Positions 8,978 through 20,128 are shown, counted from the stretch's first letter. The stretch is 64,000 nucleotides of DNA from Candidatus Latescibacterota bacterium (GCA_965226795.1 CBDDDZ010000005.1:2880001-2944000), one strand, 5' to 3'. The notes: a model not told the origin generated them from the sequence alone. Program-made: numbers and translations.

Positions 8978-11233
8978 TTACGCTTTTTCGTCTTCCCGAG
9001 CGGGCGCCGTATGCCTGCATTTCAGGCACCGCACGGACGTCTGGCCGTTTCGACCGGTATGCTCCGCCAGAAACGGACCTTCGCACATCGGGCAGGGCAG
9101 GTTCAACGGTCTGTCCCAACTCGCGTACGTGCACTTCGGGAAGTTGCCGCAACTGAAGAACGTCCTGCCCCGCCGGCTGCTCCGTTCCTTGAGCTGACCG
9201 TCGCAATCTTTCTGAGGGCATGGCACTCCCGTCGAGATTGACCGCGTATTTTTGCAGTCCGGGTACCCGGAGCAGGCCAGAAAACGTCCATTCTTTCCGG
9301 TACGGATCGCCATTTCGGAGCCGCATTTCTCGCACACCTCGCCCGATGGTTCCGGCTCGGAGGCCTCGAGTGGTAGCGTATTGCGACACTCCGGAAATCC
9401 GGAACAGGCCAGGAAGCGCCCATTGCGGCCCCACTTGATTACGAAGAAGTTTCCGCACTTCTCGCAGATTCTGTCCGTCTCCTCCTGAAGTGCTTCCTTC
9501 ATCTGTTTTCGCTGCCCCTCGGCCCGTTCCAGATCCCTGCAAAACGGTCCGTAGAAATCCTCGACAACCTTCACCCAGCCCACCTCGCCGTTTTCGACCT
9601 GGTCGAGTTCATCCTCCATACGGGCCGTGAAATCCACGTTGAAAACGTCGGGAAACGCCTGTACCAGAATACCGTTTACGGTGCGGCCCAGGTCCGTGGG
9701 CGAAAATCGGCCCGCGTTCCTGCCCACATAGTCCTTATCCTGTAGAGTACTGATAATTTGAGCGTAGGTGCTGGGCCGCCCGATTTCGAGAGACTCCAAT
9801 TCCTTTACCAGTGTCGCCTCGGAAAACCGGGGCAGTGGTTTGGTAAAGTGCTGCTCGGGCAATAGCGCCATCATTATCAGGGTGTCGCCTTTCTTCAGCC
9901 CTTCCGGAAGCCGGGTCTGGGCTTCCTCCAGCTCATCGTCCGTCCCTTCGGTATATAACGCCGTAAAACCGGCAAACTTGAGCTCCGATCCGGTTGCCCG
10001 CAATTCATACTCATCCACACGGACATCCACCGTCGTCCGATTGTAGACGGCCGGCGCCATCTGGCACGCAATAAACCGATCCCAGATCAGACGATACAGT
10101 TTCGTCTGATCCGGCGTCAGGTGTGCGTCGACGACCTGCGGGGGGCGTTCCATGTCGGTGGGGCGTATCGCCTCGTGCGCATCCTGTGCGGCCTTACTCT
10201 TTCGATAGGCCTTGGCTTTGGCCGGAAGGTACGCCTCGCCGAAGCGCCCCCGGATATAGTCCCTGGCCGCCGATACAGCCTCGTTTGCCAGACGGGTGGA
10301 GTCGGTTCGCATATAGGTAATCAAACCGGTTGTTTCGGTCGCGTCCGTCGTGGAAACCCGGACCTCAATACCTTCATAGAGCTGTTGGGCAACCTGCATC
10401 GTCTTGCGAGCCGTAAACCGCAGCCTGCGGGACGCTTCCTGCTGAAGCGTGCTCGTAATAAACGGCGGGGCCGGATTGCGCCGCTGCTCCCGTCGTTTCA
10501 CCTCGGCGATCCGGTAGCCGGGATCCGAGGCCGCCGCGCGCAGGTCCGACAAGATACGGTCTACTTCCTCCCGCGTCTTCAACTCCGGCTTTTCACCTTT
10601 GAACCTGAATAACCGTGCCTTGAACGGCGCGGTATCCTCCCGTTTCACATTAACGTCTACGGTCCAGTATTCTTTCGGAACAAACGCAACAATCGCCGCC
10701 TCCCTCTCGCAGATCAGGCGAAGCGCAACCGATTGAACCCGCCCCGCGCTCAGACCCCCATGTACCGTTTTCCACAGCAGCGGACTGACCTTGTACCCCA
10801 CCAGGCGGTCCAGAACCCTGCGGGCCTGCTGGGCGTCCACCTTCCTGGAGTCGATCCTGGAAGGGTTGGCCACCGCCTCCCTCACCGCCCGTTCCGTAAT
10901 CTCGTTGAACATCACCCTCTGGGCATCGTCTCCCCGTTTGAGCGCCTCGGCCACGTGCCAGGCAATGGCTTCCCCCTCGCGGTCCGGGTCCGTCGCCAGA
11001 ATCAACCGGTCGGCCGACCGCGAGGCCGACCGAAGCTCCTTGACGAATTTATCCCGTCCGCGAATGGTCCGGTATGTGGGTTTGAACCCGTTTTCGACGT
11101 CAATGCCCAGTTCCTTCTGTGGCAGATCCCGCACATGGCCCATGCTGGCCAATACCTTGAATCTCTTACCGAGTATCTTGTTGATCGTTCTCGCCTTGGC
11201 GGGCGACTCGACCACCACCAGCGCATCAGGCAT
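8978..11233 (-). CDS. topA: DNA topoisomerase I with C-terminal zinc ribbons
   Basis: VESPAK, ATDPDREGE, SAGRVQS, ITYMRTDS (catalytic Tyr), and repeated CxxC motifs at the C-terminus. Confidence 0.97.
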   Translation of the reverse strand: MPDALVVVESPAKARTINKILGKRFKVLASMGHVRDLPQKELGIDVENGFKPTYRTIRGRDKFVKELRSASRSADRLILATDPDREGEAIAWHVAEALKRGDDAQRVMFNEITERAVREAVANPSRIDSRKVDAQQARRVLDRLVGYKVSPLLWKTVHGGLSAGRVQSVALRLICEREAAIVAFVPKEYWTVDVNVKREDTAPFKARLFRFKGEKPELKTREEVDRILSDLRAAASDPGYRIAEVKRREQRRNPAPPFITSTLQQEASRRLRFTARKTMQVAQQLYEGIEVRVSTTDATETTGLITYMRTDSTRLANEAVSAARDYIRGRFGEAYLPAKAKAYRKSKAAQDAHEAIRPTDMERPPQVVDAHLTPDQTKLYRLIWDRFIACQMAPAVYNRTTVDVRVDEYELRATGSELKFAGFTALYTEGTDDELEEAQTRLPEGLKKGDTLIMMALLPEQHFTKPLPRFSEATLVKELESLEIGRPSTYAQIISTLQDKDYVGRNAGRFSPTDLGRTVNGILVQAFPDVFNVDFTARMEDELDQVENGEVGWVKVVEDFYGPFCRDLERAEGQRKQMKEALQEETDRICEKCGNFFVIKWGRNGRFLACSGFPECRNTLPLEASEPEPSGEVCEKCGSEMAIRTGKNGRFLACSGYPDCKNTRSISTGVPCPQKDCDGQLKERSSRRGRTFFSCGNFPKCTYASWDRPLNLPCPMCEGPFLAEHTGRNGQTSVRCLKCRHTAPAREDEKA

Positions 11234-11396
11234 ATTGTCTCCCAAAAGAACGAGCCACATCGAATGACATCATCGAGTGACTCACCACGATTCAGGCACG
11301 TTGTTAAGCATACAGAGAAGGGTTCATATCGCTCTCAATGCGTCGCCTGAAATCTCTCCGGAATTATCGCGTGACGCACGTAACGCGTCCGATTCA

Positions 11397-11425
11397 AAAA
11401 TACGAGCGCCTCTCTAAAAAGTCAA
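11397..11425 (-). promoter_or_regulatory. Sigma70-type promoter for the topA operon
   Basis: TTGACT-N17-TATTTT. Confidence 0.5.
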
Positions 11426-11585
11426 GATAAAACTGTTAACTTACTGTAAAACATTTATTTAAACTATGAACTGGCAGACTCTCACACCCGATCCGCCGTC
11501 AAACTCTGAGCCTGGTGACAAACTGGAAGCGGGTTACCGCGACGATCGTCGACGTGAGTCCCGGCTGGCCTCTGCGAGGGGTTTC

Positions 11586-13682
11586 TCAGACAGGTGGTCG
11601 AGTCTCCGTCTGAACTCGCCTGCCCTGTCTTTCCGATCGCACCACGAGGGCCTCGCCAATCATCAACGACAGCGCCAGGCCCAGTGCAAGCCGCCACAGT
11701 TCCCGTCCCCCACGCACTTCCCGGACCGCGCGTGCCAGGGAAGCTTGCGGTTCCACAATCCGGAGACGCACCCCCGCGAATATCCTTTTCAGCCGCTCTG
11801 CTGACGCAGGCGTTGGATCCCCTTCGCGGGCATCGATATGAACGGCGAATCGGTCCGCCAGGCGGTCCCTGGCGTAAATCTCCCAGACTCCCGGGATATC
11901 CACCTCGCCGACCGGCCACACCGAGTGTACGCCGCGCTGTTCGGGCCAGATCGTTCGCGCCTCCCCCGTGGGAGGCTTCAGCAGGGCTTCACGGGCCTGA
12001 ACATCAGATCGGTTCCGATACACCGTGTCGCCCACGGAATAGTCGGCTTGACCGGGAGAGCCTGCCGCCAGATACCGGCTCAGTCGATGTACAAACGGAA
12101 CGAAAAACCCCGTGAGAGGCAGGTCGGTCCAACTCAGATCGGTTTTCAGGCCGGCGGCAAACAACGCCACACGACCAGCCCCAACGCTGGTTTCGGCCAG
12201 AGCGGGGTCGCCGTTGCGGAAAAGGAGAACAGGCTGCGACGTATCGCCCGGCCGTACCCGGCAGTACGCGTAAAACCGGGGACTTCGCAGCCCTTCCGCC
12301 GAAGCGATCCCCCGGAAAATCGCGTGATCGGGCAGTGGCTCACGCAACCTGTGATAGGTGTTGACCTGCCCGGGAGAGCCTTCAATGCCCACGAGTGAAG
12401 ACGGAAACAAAACCGGAAGCACAGCGGAATTGTAATACCGGAAATCCACCCGATCCCCCAGGATGATCATCAGGCCCATTCCACTTTGCACCCGATGTTC
12501 CAGGACCTTCAAGGTGCCGGCGGGCACCCGGGTCAAGTTAAACAATAAGGCCGCGTCCGTCTGCTGCAGGAGATCCGCGTTCATTTCATCCGGCCGAACC
12601 GACCGAACCGATACTGCCTGTTTCGGCCCTGCTGCGAGGGCTCTTGAGACGAAATAGGTCTCGTCTTCGGTCTCGGCCACCAGCAGCACCCGGACGCGCT
12701 CAGGGATATTCAGAACCGATGTGTAGACGTTATCCGCCGCCAGGTCGTCGTCTCCAAGCTCGATGCGCAAGGGAACCTGTCCTCCCCTTTCCGGGACGAA
12801 TCGGAAATGGAGACGCCGGGAGGCACCGACCTCCGTACGGATGACCTGCTGACCGATCCGGCGTCCGTCAAGATAAACCTGTACCGGCGCGCGCAGCCGG
12901 ACGGGGCCTCCGTAATCCATCAGCGACACCCTGAGCGTGGAAGCGCTCCCTGCGGCAAGAATCCCATCGACGGGGGACGCGTCGCGGATGCCCATATTGT
13001 CCGGCTCGGACGGCTGTACCGGAATGCAAAACACGGTGATTTCCCGTCCTTTAAAAAGCGTATCGGGTACCTCCGACCAGCCGTTTCGGGCGAAATCCGA
13101 AAAGACGTATAACTCTCTGTTCGGAATCTCTGTCTGAGAGGCACGTCCCAGCGCGGCCTCCAACGCGGGTCGGAAATTCGTTCCCCTGTGCGTGGACCGC
13201 ATGACCTCGAGCCGCGCCCCAAGGCGGTCGGGACGGCCTTGCCCGACCTCCTCCACCCGGTCGTCCACCTGGAACAGACGCACCTCGTCCCGGGCATCGA
13301 ACAGATGCAGAACCTCCTTCGCCCGGCTTCGGGCGCGGTCAAACAGGGTTCCTTCAGGTACCCTGTAACTCATGCTCAGAGATCGATCCAGCAGAAGCGC
13401 CGCAGAGGTTCGCACGGCGCCGTTGCCGCCCATCCCTTTAAGCGTGGGGCGGGCAAAGGCAAGCACCAGGAACAAAATGACCAGTGTGCGCAGAATCAAC
13501 ACCAGCACCTGCTTCAACCTGACCCGGCGCATTCGGTCCTGTTGTAGTGTCTCCAGGAGAGCCACGTTGCTGAATGCAACGGTTACGGCCCGCCTTCGGT
13601 TTAACAGGTGAATCGCCAGCGGCAACAGAGCGGCCCACAACCCGTGCAGCACGGCCGGTGATGAAAAGGATAGACCAAACAT
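11586..13682 (-). CDS. BatA-domain / vWA / glutamine-amidotransferase-like membrane protein
   Basis: LPLAIHLL..RR...VAFS...LVLAFARP (BatA), LLDRSLSM and VFSDF (vWA), and a C-terminal ELW TM helix. Confidence 0.88.
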   Translation of the reverse strand: MFGLSFSSPAVLHGLWAALLPLAIHLLNRRRAVTVAFSNVALLETLQQDRMRRVRLKQVLVLILRTLVILFLVLAFARPTLKGMGGNGAVRTSAALLLDRSLSMSYRVPEGTLFDRARSRAKEVLHLFDARDEVRLFQVDDRVEEVGQGRPDRLGARLEVMRSTHRGTNFRPALEAALGRASQTEIPNRELYVFSDFARNGWSEVPDTLFKGREITVFCIPVQPSEPDNMGIRDASPVDGILAAGSASTLRVSLMDYGGPVRLRAPVQVYLDGRRIGQQVIRTEVGASRRLHFRFVPERGGQVPLRIELGDDDLAADNVYTSVLNIPERVRVLLVAETEDETYFVSRALAAGPKQAVSVRSVRPDEMNADLLQQTDAALLFNLTRVPAGTLKVLEHRVQSGMGLMIILGDRVDFRYYNSAVLPVLFPSSLVGIEGSPGQVNTYHRLREPLPDHAIFRGIASAEGLRSPRFYAYCRVRPGDTSQPVLLFRNGDPALAETSVGAGRVALFAAGLKTDLSWTDLPLTGFFVPFVHRLSRYLAAGSPGQADYSVGDTVYRNRSDVQAREALLKPPTGEARTIWPEQRGVHSVWPVGEVDIPGVWEIYARDRLADRFAVHIDAREGDPTPASAERLKRIFAGVRLRIVEPQASLARAVREVRGGRELWRLALGLALSLMIGEALVVRSERQGRRVQTETRPPV

Positions 13683-13830
13683 GCCGACCCAACCTGGAAT
13701 TGTAGAATCACGCGTTCGATTTACCACATCTGCGGACGAGAACGCCGCCGGAACCCCCCGGCAACGCCTGAGGTCCGTCCGGGCGCCAAAAGCCCGCCCG
13801 ACACCGAACCTCTAATTTTGCTCCGCAAAC

Positions 13831-13861
13831 AAAAAAAACCTGCTTCTCAATCGATCGCAGG
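13831..13861 (-). terminator. Possible intrinsic terminator after the PTS IIA gene
   Basis: CCTGC...GCAGG stem followed by a T-run on the minus strand. Confidence 0.35.
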
Positions 13862-13893
13862 CTGTCGCGGTTCGGGGGCGCGTTATTATGGAT

Positions 13894-14355
13894 TCAGGAA
13901 TGAAGTTTCTCTTCTTCTTCGATACAGGCAATCAGGGACTCGCAGTCCTCCGATTCTATGAGATGCCGGCGAAACGCCTCTCCCTTGAGCAGGCGGGAGA
14001 TGCGCGCCAACGCCTTGATATGCGGCCCGGAAACATCCATTGGCGAAACCAGCAGGAAGAAGATGAACGTCGGCTGGTCGTCCAGAGCGTCGAAGTCAAC
14101 GCCTTCCCGCTTAATGCCCAGGACGCCGCCCAGTTCGCTCACATATTCGGATTTGCCGTGCGGAATGGCGATACCGTGTCCGATGCCGGTACTCATAATA
14201 TCCTCGCGTAGAAGCACGGCTTCCAGGACCTTCCCTCGATCGGTGATTTTATCGCTGTCTACGGCATCGACCAACTCCTCGAGTATTTGCCGCTTGTTCC
14301 GGCCCCTCAACCCGGCAATTACCGACCTTCCAGAAAGAATCTCCATCAGGGTCAT
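13894..14355 (-). CDS. PTS IIA component (PtsN/fructose-type)
   Basis: REDIMSTGIGHGIAIPH (phospho-His), GVDFDALD, HIKALARISRLL. Confidence 0.92.
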   Translation of the reverse strand: MTLMEILSGRSVIAGLRGRNKRQILEELVDAVDSDKITDRGKVLEAVLLREDIMSTGIGHGIAIPHGKSEYVSELGGVLGIKREGVDFDALDDQPTFIFFLLVSPMDVSGPHIKALARISRLLKGEAFRRHLIESEDCESLIACIEEEEKLHS

Positions 14356-14429
14356 GAAAACCTCTCCCGCGAACACCCCGAAACCACCATCAATATCCCA
14401 TGCCCGTGCAGCGCGCCCCGGCGCAGCGC

Positions 14430-14458
14430 AAAATAACCCATCCCTTGTACGTAGTCAA
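14430..14458 (-). promoter_or_regulatory. Sigma70-type promoter for the PTS IIA gene
   Basis: TTGACT-N17-TATTTT, the same pattern as upstream of topA. Confidence 0.45.
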
Positions 14459-14576
14459 GGGAAAAGGCATAAAAAAACAGGGGGATAGGCCAATGTCACG
14501 ACCGGGAAAACCGGCATGGTGAATCGGCGACTCCAAGGTGCGGCCGGACACGGTCCGGCGCGACCCGGGGAGACAG

Positions 14577-16394
14577 TTATCCCGTCGCCCGGCCTCGAAT
14601 CAGGAGTTCCCGTTCATAGCTGCGCATCAGGTCCGATCGGGTGATGACCCCTTCCAGTTCTTCACGCGAATCGGAACGAAATACAGGCAGGGTATCCGCA
14701 TCCGTGTTCGAAAACTGAACCAGCGCATCGGCCAGTGAACTGGAGGGCTCGAGGGTGGGCGGCGGTTTGCCCATGACGTCCTCGGCGATAAGCAGCGCAT
14801 GCATATCGTACTCCAGCATCACTTCCCGTATGTCGTGAAACCAGATCATGCCCTTGAACCCGCCCTTGTCGTCCATCAGCGGGAAATCGTGCAGGTTGCT
14901 GCGGCCGATCAGGTCGACAATCTTGCGCAATTGGGGTGTGTACCCTGATGAAATCGAAATCCTTGCGTACGATCCGCGAGACCGGGAGTTTTTCCAATAC
15001 CGACAGATCCCGTCCATGGTGTATATTCAATCCCCTGCGCCGGAGCTTGAGCGAATAGATGGACTCGCGCTCGATTACACGCGCCATAACCACCGCCAGA
15101 ACCGTGGTGAACATTAACGGCAGAATGAGGCGGTAGTTTCCGGTCATCTCCACAATAATGAGCGAGGATGTAAGGGGGGCATGCGTCGTTGCGGCGACAA
15201 AGGCGCTCATGCCAACCACCGCGTACGCACCCGGTGGGCTGATGACGCCGGGCAACCACGCCTCCGCCAGGCGGCCGAATGCGCCGCCGAGCGTGGCGCC
15301 CATAAAAAGCGATGGCGCAAACAAGCCGCCCGAAGCGCCCGAGCCCACGGTTAACGACGTGCTAAGCAGCTTCAACCCCAGAAACAGACCCAGCATAGGC
15401 AGCAGAATCTGTCCCTGAAGCGCAGCGCCGACAATCTCGTAACCCACACCCATGGCGGGAGGGCACGCAAGGCCGATGAGCCCCACCAGCGCGCCGCCGA
15501 TGGCCGGCTAAAGCCATGGCGGCATCCCGTACGCTTGCCGGTTGAAAAGATCCTCGGTGGCATACAGTAGCCCGATGAAGACAGCGCCCACGACTCCCGC
15601 GAGAACGGCCAGAATACCGTACCATCCCAGTTCGTGGAGATTCACGAACTGATAGTCCGGCACCTCGAACACCTGGCGTTCTCCCATATAGGCCTTTGCG
15701 ACGACGGCCGACATAACCGAAGAGATCACCACAGGCGTGAAGGCGGCAATCGTAAAGTCTCCGAGTATGATTTCCAGCGAAAACAGCACGCCTGCGATCG
15801 GCGCGTTGAAAATGGCCGAAATTCCGGCCGAAGCACCACAGGCAATCAGCGTTTTCAGGTTCGCTTCGGAGAATCTGAACCACCGCCCGACAGTGGATCC
15901 CCAGGCGGCCCCGATCTGGATTATTGGTCCCTCGCTACCGGCCGACCCGCCGGACCCGAGTGTGAATGCAGACGCAAACGCCTTGGCCTAACGATCACCC
16001 GTGCGCGGATCACGCCACGTTTGGTGATGATTGCGTTCATGACTTCCGCAACGCCGGCGCCACGCGCCTCCGACGCATAGAAACAGGCGATCAACCCGGC
16101 GGCCAGGCCGCCCAGGGCAGGAATGAGGGGAAACAGGAAGGGTTTACCCAGAAGTACCGGCGCGTCTACGAGCAGCAGCCTGTACGCCGCATCCAGCAGC
16201 CATTGAAACAGCACGGAACCCGCTCCGCAACCGACCCCGACCAGAATGGCCAGACTGATCAGCAAGGTTTGTTCACTGAGGTTCAACCGGAGGAAAAACC
16301 GAACGATCCGGTTACGGAAGCGGTTTGCCGCGTTGGGGGAAGTCAATACGGTTGGCGCGGGATCAACATGCACCGATAAATACCTATTTTGCAA
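14577..16394 (-). pseudogene. ClC family chloride channel/antiporter with CBS domains, disrupted
   Basis: GAGVAEVM, GSAGSEGP, FNAPIAG, GGLFAP and a CBS tail are spread over four pieces. Frameshift at about 15985, in-frame TAG at 15508-15510 (WL*PAIGG), frameshift at about 14930. Confidence 0.85.
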
Positions 16395-16432
16395 ATGTAG
16401 GTCGCCGTCCAGGAAGCTGATTTCGACAGGTG

Positions 16433-16461
16433 AGTATACCCTTCGCCACCCGCACTGTCAA
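16433..16461 (-). promoter_or_regulatory. Near-consensus sigma70 promoter for the ClC gene
   Basis: TTGACA-N17-TATACT. Confidence 0.65.
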
Positions 16462-16572
16462 GCGGAAAGCAGATATTGCAGAACACGCAGAAACTTGAAA
16501 CATTTCGGCTGAATCGGCGTAAAACGAGGGGTAATCCACGACCACCCCCCGGGCAAACTGTCCGATCCGCCG

Positions 16573-19020
16573 ATGCAACCCTCCGGCTCGTTCGAAACCG
16601 AAAGGAATTCCATGCGCCCTGTTGGACCCGTACCGAAATTGTTCGCCAGGATGTGCGTCGTCATTCTGTTGGCGCCATCCTCCGTTTTCTCGCTGTCGCC
16701 CACAGCCGTCGACTCCCTTTACGCTCATGGTCAGTCCACGGAACGGATGGACGACGTGCGCAAAATCATCTCCGAACTCAATGCCGCCCTGCCCGAAGCT
16801 ATCCATCCGGCCGGTATGCTGATCCGAATCGGCAACCTGTACCTGCGGCTGCAGGAGGCGGACAACGCGGACGTCGCCTTCCAGGCCGCCGTTGACCAGG
16901 ACACTACACTTGCGGGAGCCTATCTCGGCCAGGGCGAGGTCCAGCTCGAACTGCGAAACAGACCCCGCGCCGCCCTCGTTCCTCTTCAAAAGGCCGTCGA
17001 CCTGGATTCCACGTATGCGGAAGCCCACTATACGATGGCTCGCGCTTACCTGCGTTCCAGAAAAACCACGGCCGCAAGGCGGGCGGCGGACAAGAGTATT
17101 CAGGTGGATCCGAATTACGCGGCGCCATACCTGTTTCTGGCAAAACTCTACCAGCGGGAAAACAACAATCGGGCCGCCCACACGTTCTACAAAAAGTATC
17201 TCGAACAACGCCCGAGCGACCAGACTGCAGCCTACGAATTCGCCGTTGAACTGCTCAAACAGAAGGAACTCGACCGGGCCCGGGAAATCGCGGAGCGGCT
17301 GGGGGGTTCGCGTGGCATGCCCATTGTCGCCCAGGCGCTCATGGCCGACCGGGACTATGAAGGTGCGCTGGAGGCCTTTTCGCAGTATATCGACAGTCTC
17401 ACCCCTGAGCAACAGGCCCTCTTCGAAGACATTTCGCTGGTAGGCCGTTCTCACGAAGTGAACGCCTATCGTTCGACGACCCCGAAAACCCGGGAGGTAT
17501 TCCTGCGAAACTTCTGGCTTAGAAAAGACCCATTCAAATCGTCCGCCGGTGCGATGCGACGGGCCGAGCACTACCGTCGGGTCTGGTATGCCCGCACGTT
17601 TTTCGGGAAGAAAAGGTTCCCGTACGACCGTCGGGGCGAGATCTATATTCGCTACGGTGAACCGGATTTCCGTTCCAGTTGGCGCGAACTCAATGCCCAG
17701 ATGCCGCTAAAGGTCCAGCGCGTCCAGGAACGCATGGCCCATCAGCTTTACGGAAACAACGCCCTGGCCCTGACGTTCGTGGGTCCCGTCTACCCCATTC
17801 GCTCCACACAGACCGCCGAAAACACCTGGCGCAACTCGGAGGTCCGCGCAAGTTCGCAACCCGGTCAGTCAATCGATGAAACCGCAATCGGCCTGCAACG
17901 ATACAAACCCATTACGTCCAGCGGCGACTGGTCCGCCGTTCCATGGGCCGTCTGGATCTACGCCGATATCGACGGAGGCATTGAAATCGCCTTCACGGAC
18001 GAGTTCAACACGGGAAACTTCGACTACGCGCCTGAACCCGTCCTTGGCCCGGAAGATATTAATGAATACAACATGCAAAGCCGGGGCGGACCGTTTCGCA
18101 ACATGGTAAACCGGCTTAACACGCTTTCTCCCGCGGCGCGGATGACCAGGGTTGCCAGTAAAGAACCGGAACGATTCGCATTTGAAGCGCTGGATCCCCT
18201 GGACTACTATTACGAAGCCCTTTCCTTTCGCGGGCAGGACGGCAAAACCGAACTGCAACTCAACATAGGGCTGCCCATTGACAATGTAGCCCGGCCCGAA
18301 GACATCGACACGATCATCGTTGTCAATCGCCGCGTTGCGCTTGTCGACAGCCGCAAGGGCCGACTCCACAAACGCAGCGACGACCTCGCAGTGCCGGTTA
18401 CGGACGCCAACCTGGGCCGGAGCCTGCTGGCACTCGACCGCGTTGACATGGCCGCCGCACCAGGCGTATACCAGCTTGCGGTGGAGGCCTGGCGAAAGAA
18501 AACGGACATGCTCCAGGTCTACCAGCAGACCCTGGAACTGCCCGACTATAGCGGCGACGAACTCATGATGAGCGACATCCAGATCGCTCAGAACGTGGAG
18601 GAGGCCAGAGAAGGATCCAATCCGAAATTCGTGCGTCAAGGTTGGGATATCCTTCCGGCGCCGTCCCGCACCTTCTACGTTGGCAACTCCGTCTTTGTCT
18701 ACTTCGAAGTCTATAACCTGGAAAAGGATGCCTTCGGAAACACCCGTTACGAAGTGACGTTTGAGGTCATCTCCAAGTCCACAAGCGACAAATCACCCAG
18801 AACCTTTCTGCCCAGAATCCGGAAAGACGGCGAAGCCATCGAGGTGCGATATGAGCAGGTCGGCACCGAATACTGGGTCTCGGATTTTGTGGAACTGGAC
18901 CTGGGACAGGCGAATCCGGGTCGCTATTCGCTCCACATGACGGTCAAAGACCTGAACGCCGGCCTGATCATTAATCGGGACAGCATCTTCCGGATTGCAT
19001 CGCTCCGACGCCGGCAATAG
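16573..19020 (+). CDS. TPR and GWxTD-domain exported protein
   Basis: N-terminal TPRs; FWLRKDP...EHYRRVWYA..FF....PYDRRGEIYIRYGEPD; C-terminal MSDIQIA, YFEVYNL and GRYSL Ig-like domains. The start is probably further downstream (16612 or 16651). Confidence 0.85.
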   Translation: MQPSGSFETERNSMRPVGPVPKLFARMCVVILLAPSSVFSLSPTAVDSLYAHGQSTERMDDVRKIISELNAALPEAIHPAGMLIRIGNLYLRLQEADNADVAFQAAVDQDTTLAGAYLGQGEVQLELRNRPRAALVPLQKAVDLDSTYAEAHYTMARAYLRSRKTTAARRAADKSIQVDPNYAAPYLFLAKLYQRENNNRAAHTFYKKYLEQRPSDQTAAYEFAVELLKQKELDRAREIAERLGGSRGMPIVAQALMADRDYEGALEAFSQYIDSLTPEQQALFEDISLVGRSHEVNAYRSTTPKTREVFLRNFWLRKDPFKSSAGAMRRAEHYRRVWYARTFFGKKRFPYDRRGEIYIRYGEPDFRSSWRELNAQMPLKVQRVQERMAHQLYGNNALALTFVGPVYPIRSTQTAENTWRNSEVRASSQPGQSIDETAIGLQRYKPITSSGDWSAVPWAVWIYADIDGGIEIAFTDEFNTGNFDYAPEPVLGPEDINEYNMQSRGGPFRNMVNRLNTLSPAARMTRVASKEPERFAFEALDPLDYYYEALSFRGQDGKTELQLNIGLPIDNVARPEDIDTIIVVNRRVALVDSRKGRLHKRSDDLAVPVTDANLGRSLLALDRVDMAAAPGVYQLAVEAWRKKTDMLQVYQQTLELPDYSGDELMMSDIQIAQNVEEAREGSNPKFVRQGWDILPAPSRTFYVGNSVFVYFEVYNLEKDAFGNTRYEVTFEVISKSTSDKSPRTFLPRIRKDGEAIEVRYEQVGTEYWVSDFVELDLGQANPGRYSLHMTVKDLNAGLIINRDSIFRIASLRRRQ

Positions 19021-19155
19021 GGGCACCGCGCGGGACAAAGCACCCGGATCAGGCCTGATCCCATAGCCGTGTTTGCGCTTCCTGCCTCGCGTTCCCAATC
19101 GATCGGAGCGAAGTCCGTTCCTTAGGCGGCCCGTACGGATCCGCGATCCGGTCGA

Positions 19156-19704
19156 TTATCCCAAACGCATCACCAGGGTGCCGGCCACGCGATCGTGAAG
19201 CGCCTGCCGGTCCGTGTGACGGCGCGTGATCCAGACGAGCACAAAACCCAGCAGCCAGCCCGAATAAAAGACGATCGACCAGACATGCAGGCTTCCGGCA
19301 TCCAGATCCTCCGGCGGCGTCAGGACGCGTTCGGCACCCAGCGCCACCTGATGAGGTTCCGTATACGGGTTGAGGGCAGAAAGGGCAATTAGAAACACGA
19401 AAACAGGCGTCCACTTCACGGTGGAACGGACAAAAGCCCGGGCTTGCCCTATTCCGCCGCCAACCACGGAAATAACCCTCAGGCTCAACATAATCTTACC
19501 CGGCGTCTGTCCTCTGCGTACAAGAAAAACGGTACAATAGACCAGCGTGATCCCGTACTCCAGAACCAGCGCCGCAATTGGCGAGGGCGTGACCTCTCTC
19601 AATGCGCGGGAAAGCGGAAGATCCAGCAGCTTCAGCATCAGCATGTCAATCACCAACGCGAGAAACCGCCGTCCAAGCCCGGCCATCTCATCTTGCATCA
19701 GCAT
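19156..19704 (-). CDS. RDD family membrane protein
   Basis: RRFLALVID, GQTPGK, QALHDRVAGTLV. Confidence 0.92.
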   Translation of the reverse strand: MLMQDEMAGLGRRFLALVIDMLMLKLLDLPLSRALREVTPSPIAALVLEYGITLVYCTVFLVRRGQTPGKIMLSLRVISVVGGGIGQARAFVRSTVKWTPVFVFLIALSALNPYTEPHQVALGAERVLTPPEDLDAGSLHVWSIVFYSGWLLGFVLVWITRRHTDRQALHDRVAGTLVMRLG

Positions 19705-19708
19705 CGTC

Positions 19709-20128
19709 TTACGCCCCTGCTTCAGACCGCGGTCCGTAAAGCGCGATCGGCAGATATTCCCTGAAACGCTGAAAATCGCCGTCTGTGGTCAGGATCGGCA
19801 TCCCGTACCGATGGGATACCGCGCAAATCAGAAAGTCCGTGCTGGACCCGTAAACACCCCGGCTTCGGCTCCGGTTGAAAAAATCGGCAGCGCATTCAGA
19901 ATCCGGCGCCTCAAGCGGCAGATCCGGAAACGCCCGTAGACGACTTCGAAGTCTCTCGAATTGATCCTGCGAACGGATTCCGGAAAGGACCTCCTGGCGA
20001 ACCGGCCCGATCAGTTGCACTCGAAGTTCACGGACCAGTTCCCCGAACTCCTCAACGACAGGGTGTTCGGAAACGACCTTGCGCCGCAGCGATAACGACC
20101 AGACGCTCGTATCAACCAGTACCTTCAT
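19709..20128 (-). CDS. vapC: PIN-domain VapC toxin
   Basis: VLVDTSVW, QEVLSG, TDFLICA, ILTTDGDF. Confidence 0.92.
   Translation of the reverse strand: MKVLVDTSVWSLSLRRKVVSEHPVVEEFGELVRELRVQLIGPVRQEVLSGIRSQDQFERLRSRLRAFPDLPLEAPDSECAADFFNRSRSRGVYGSSTDFLICAVSHRYGMPILTTDGDFQRFREYLPIALYGPRSEAGA

Noticed and set aside
8853..9542. N-terminal extension of XerC in the 531-aa track ORF
   Set aside because: It is an alternative frame overlapping topA. XerC similarity starts at MQDQ (8852).
16370..16430. Fluoride riboswitch ahead of the ClC gene
   Set aside because: The GGxGATGG...GxTGATGxCxYCT core is absent, and the protein lacks the CLC-F GNNLI/GREGT motifs.
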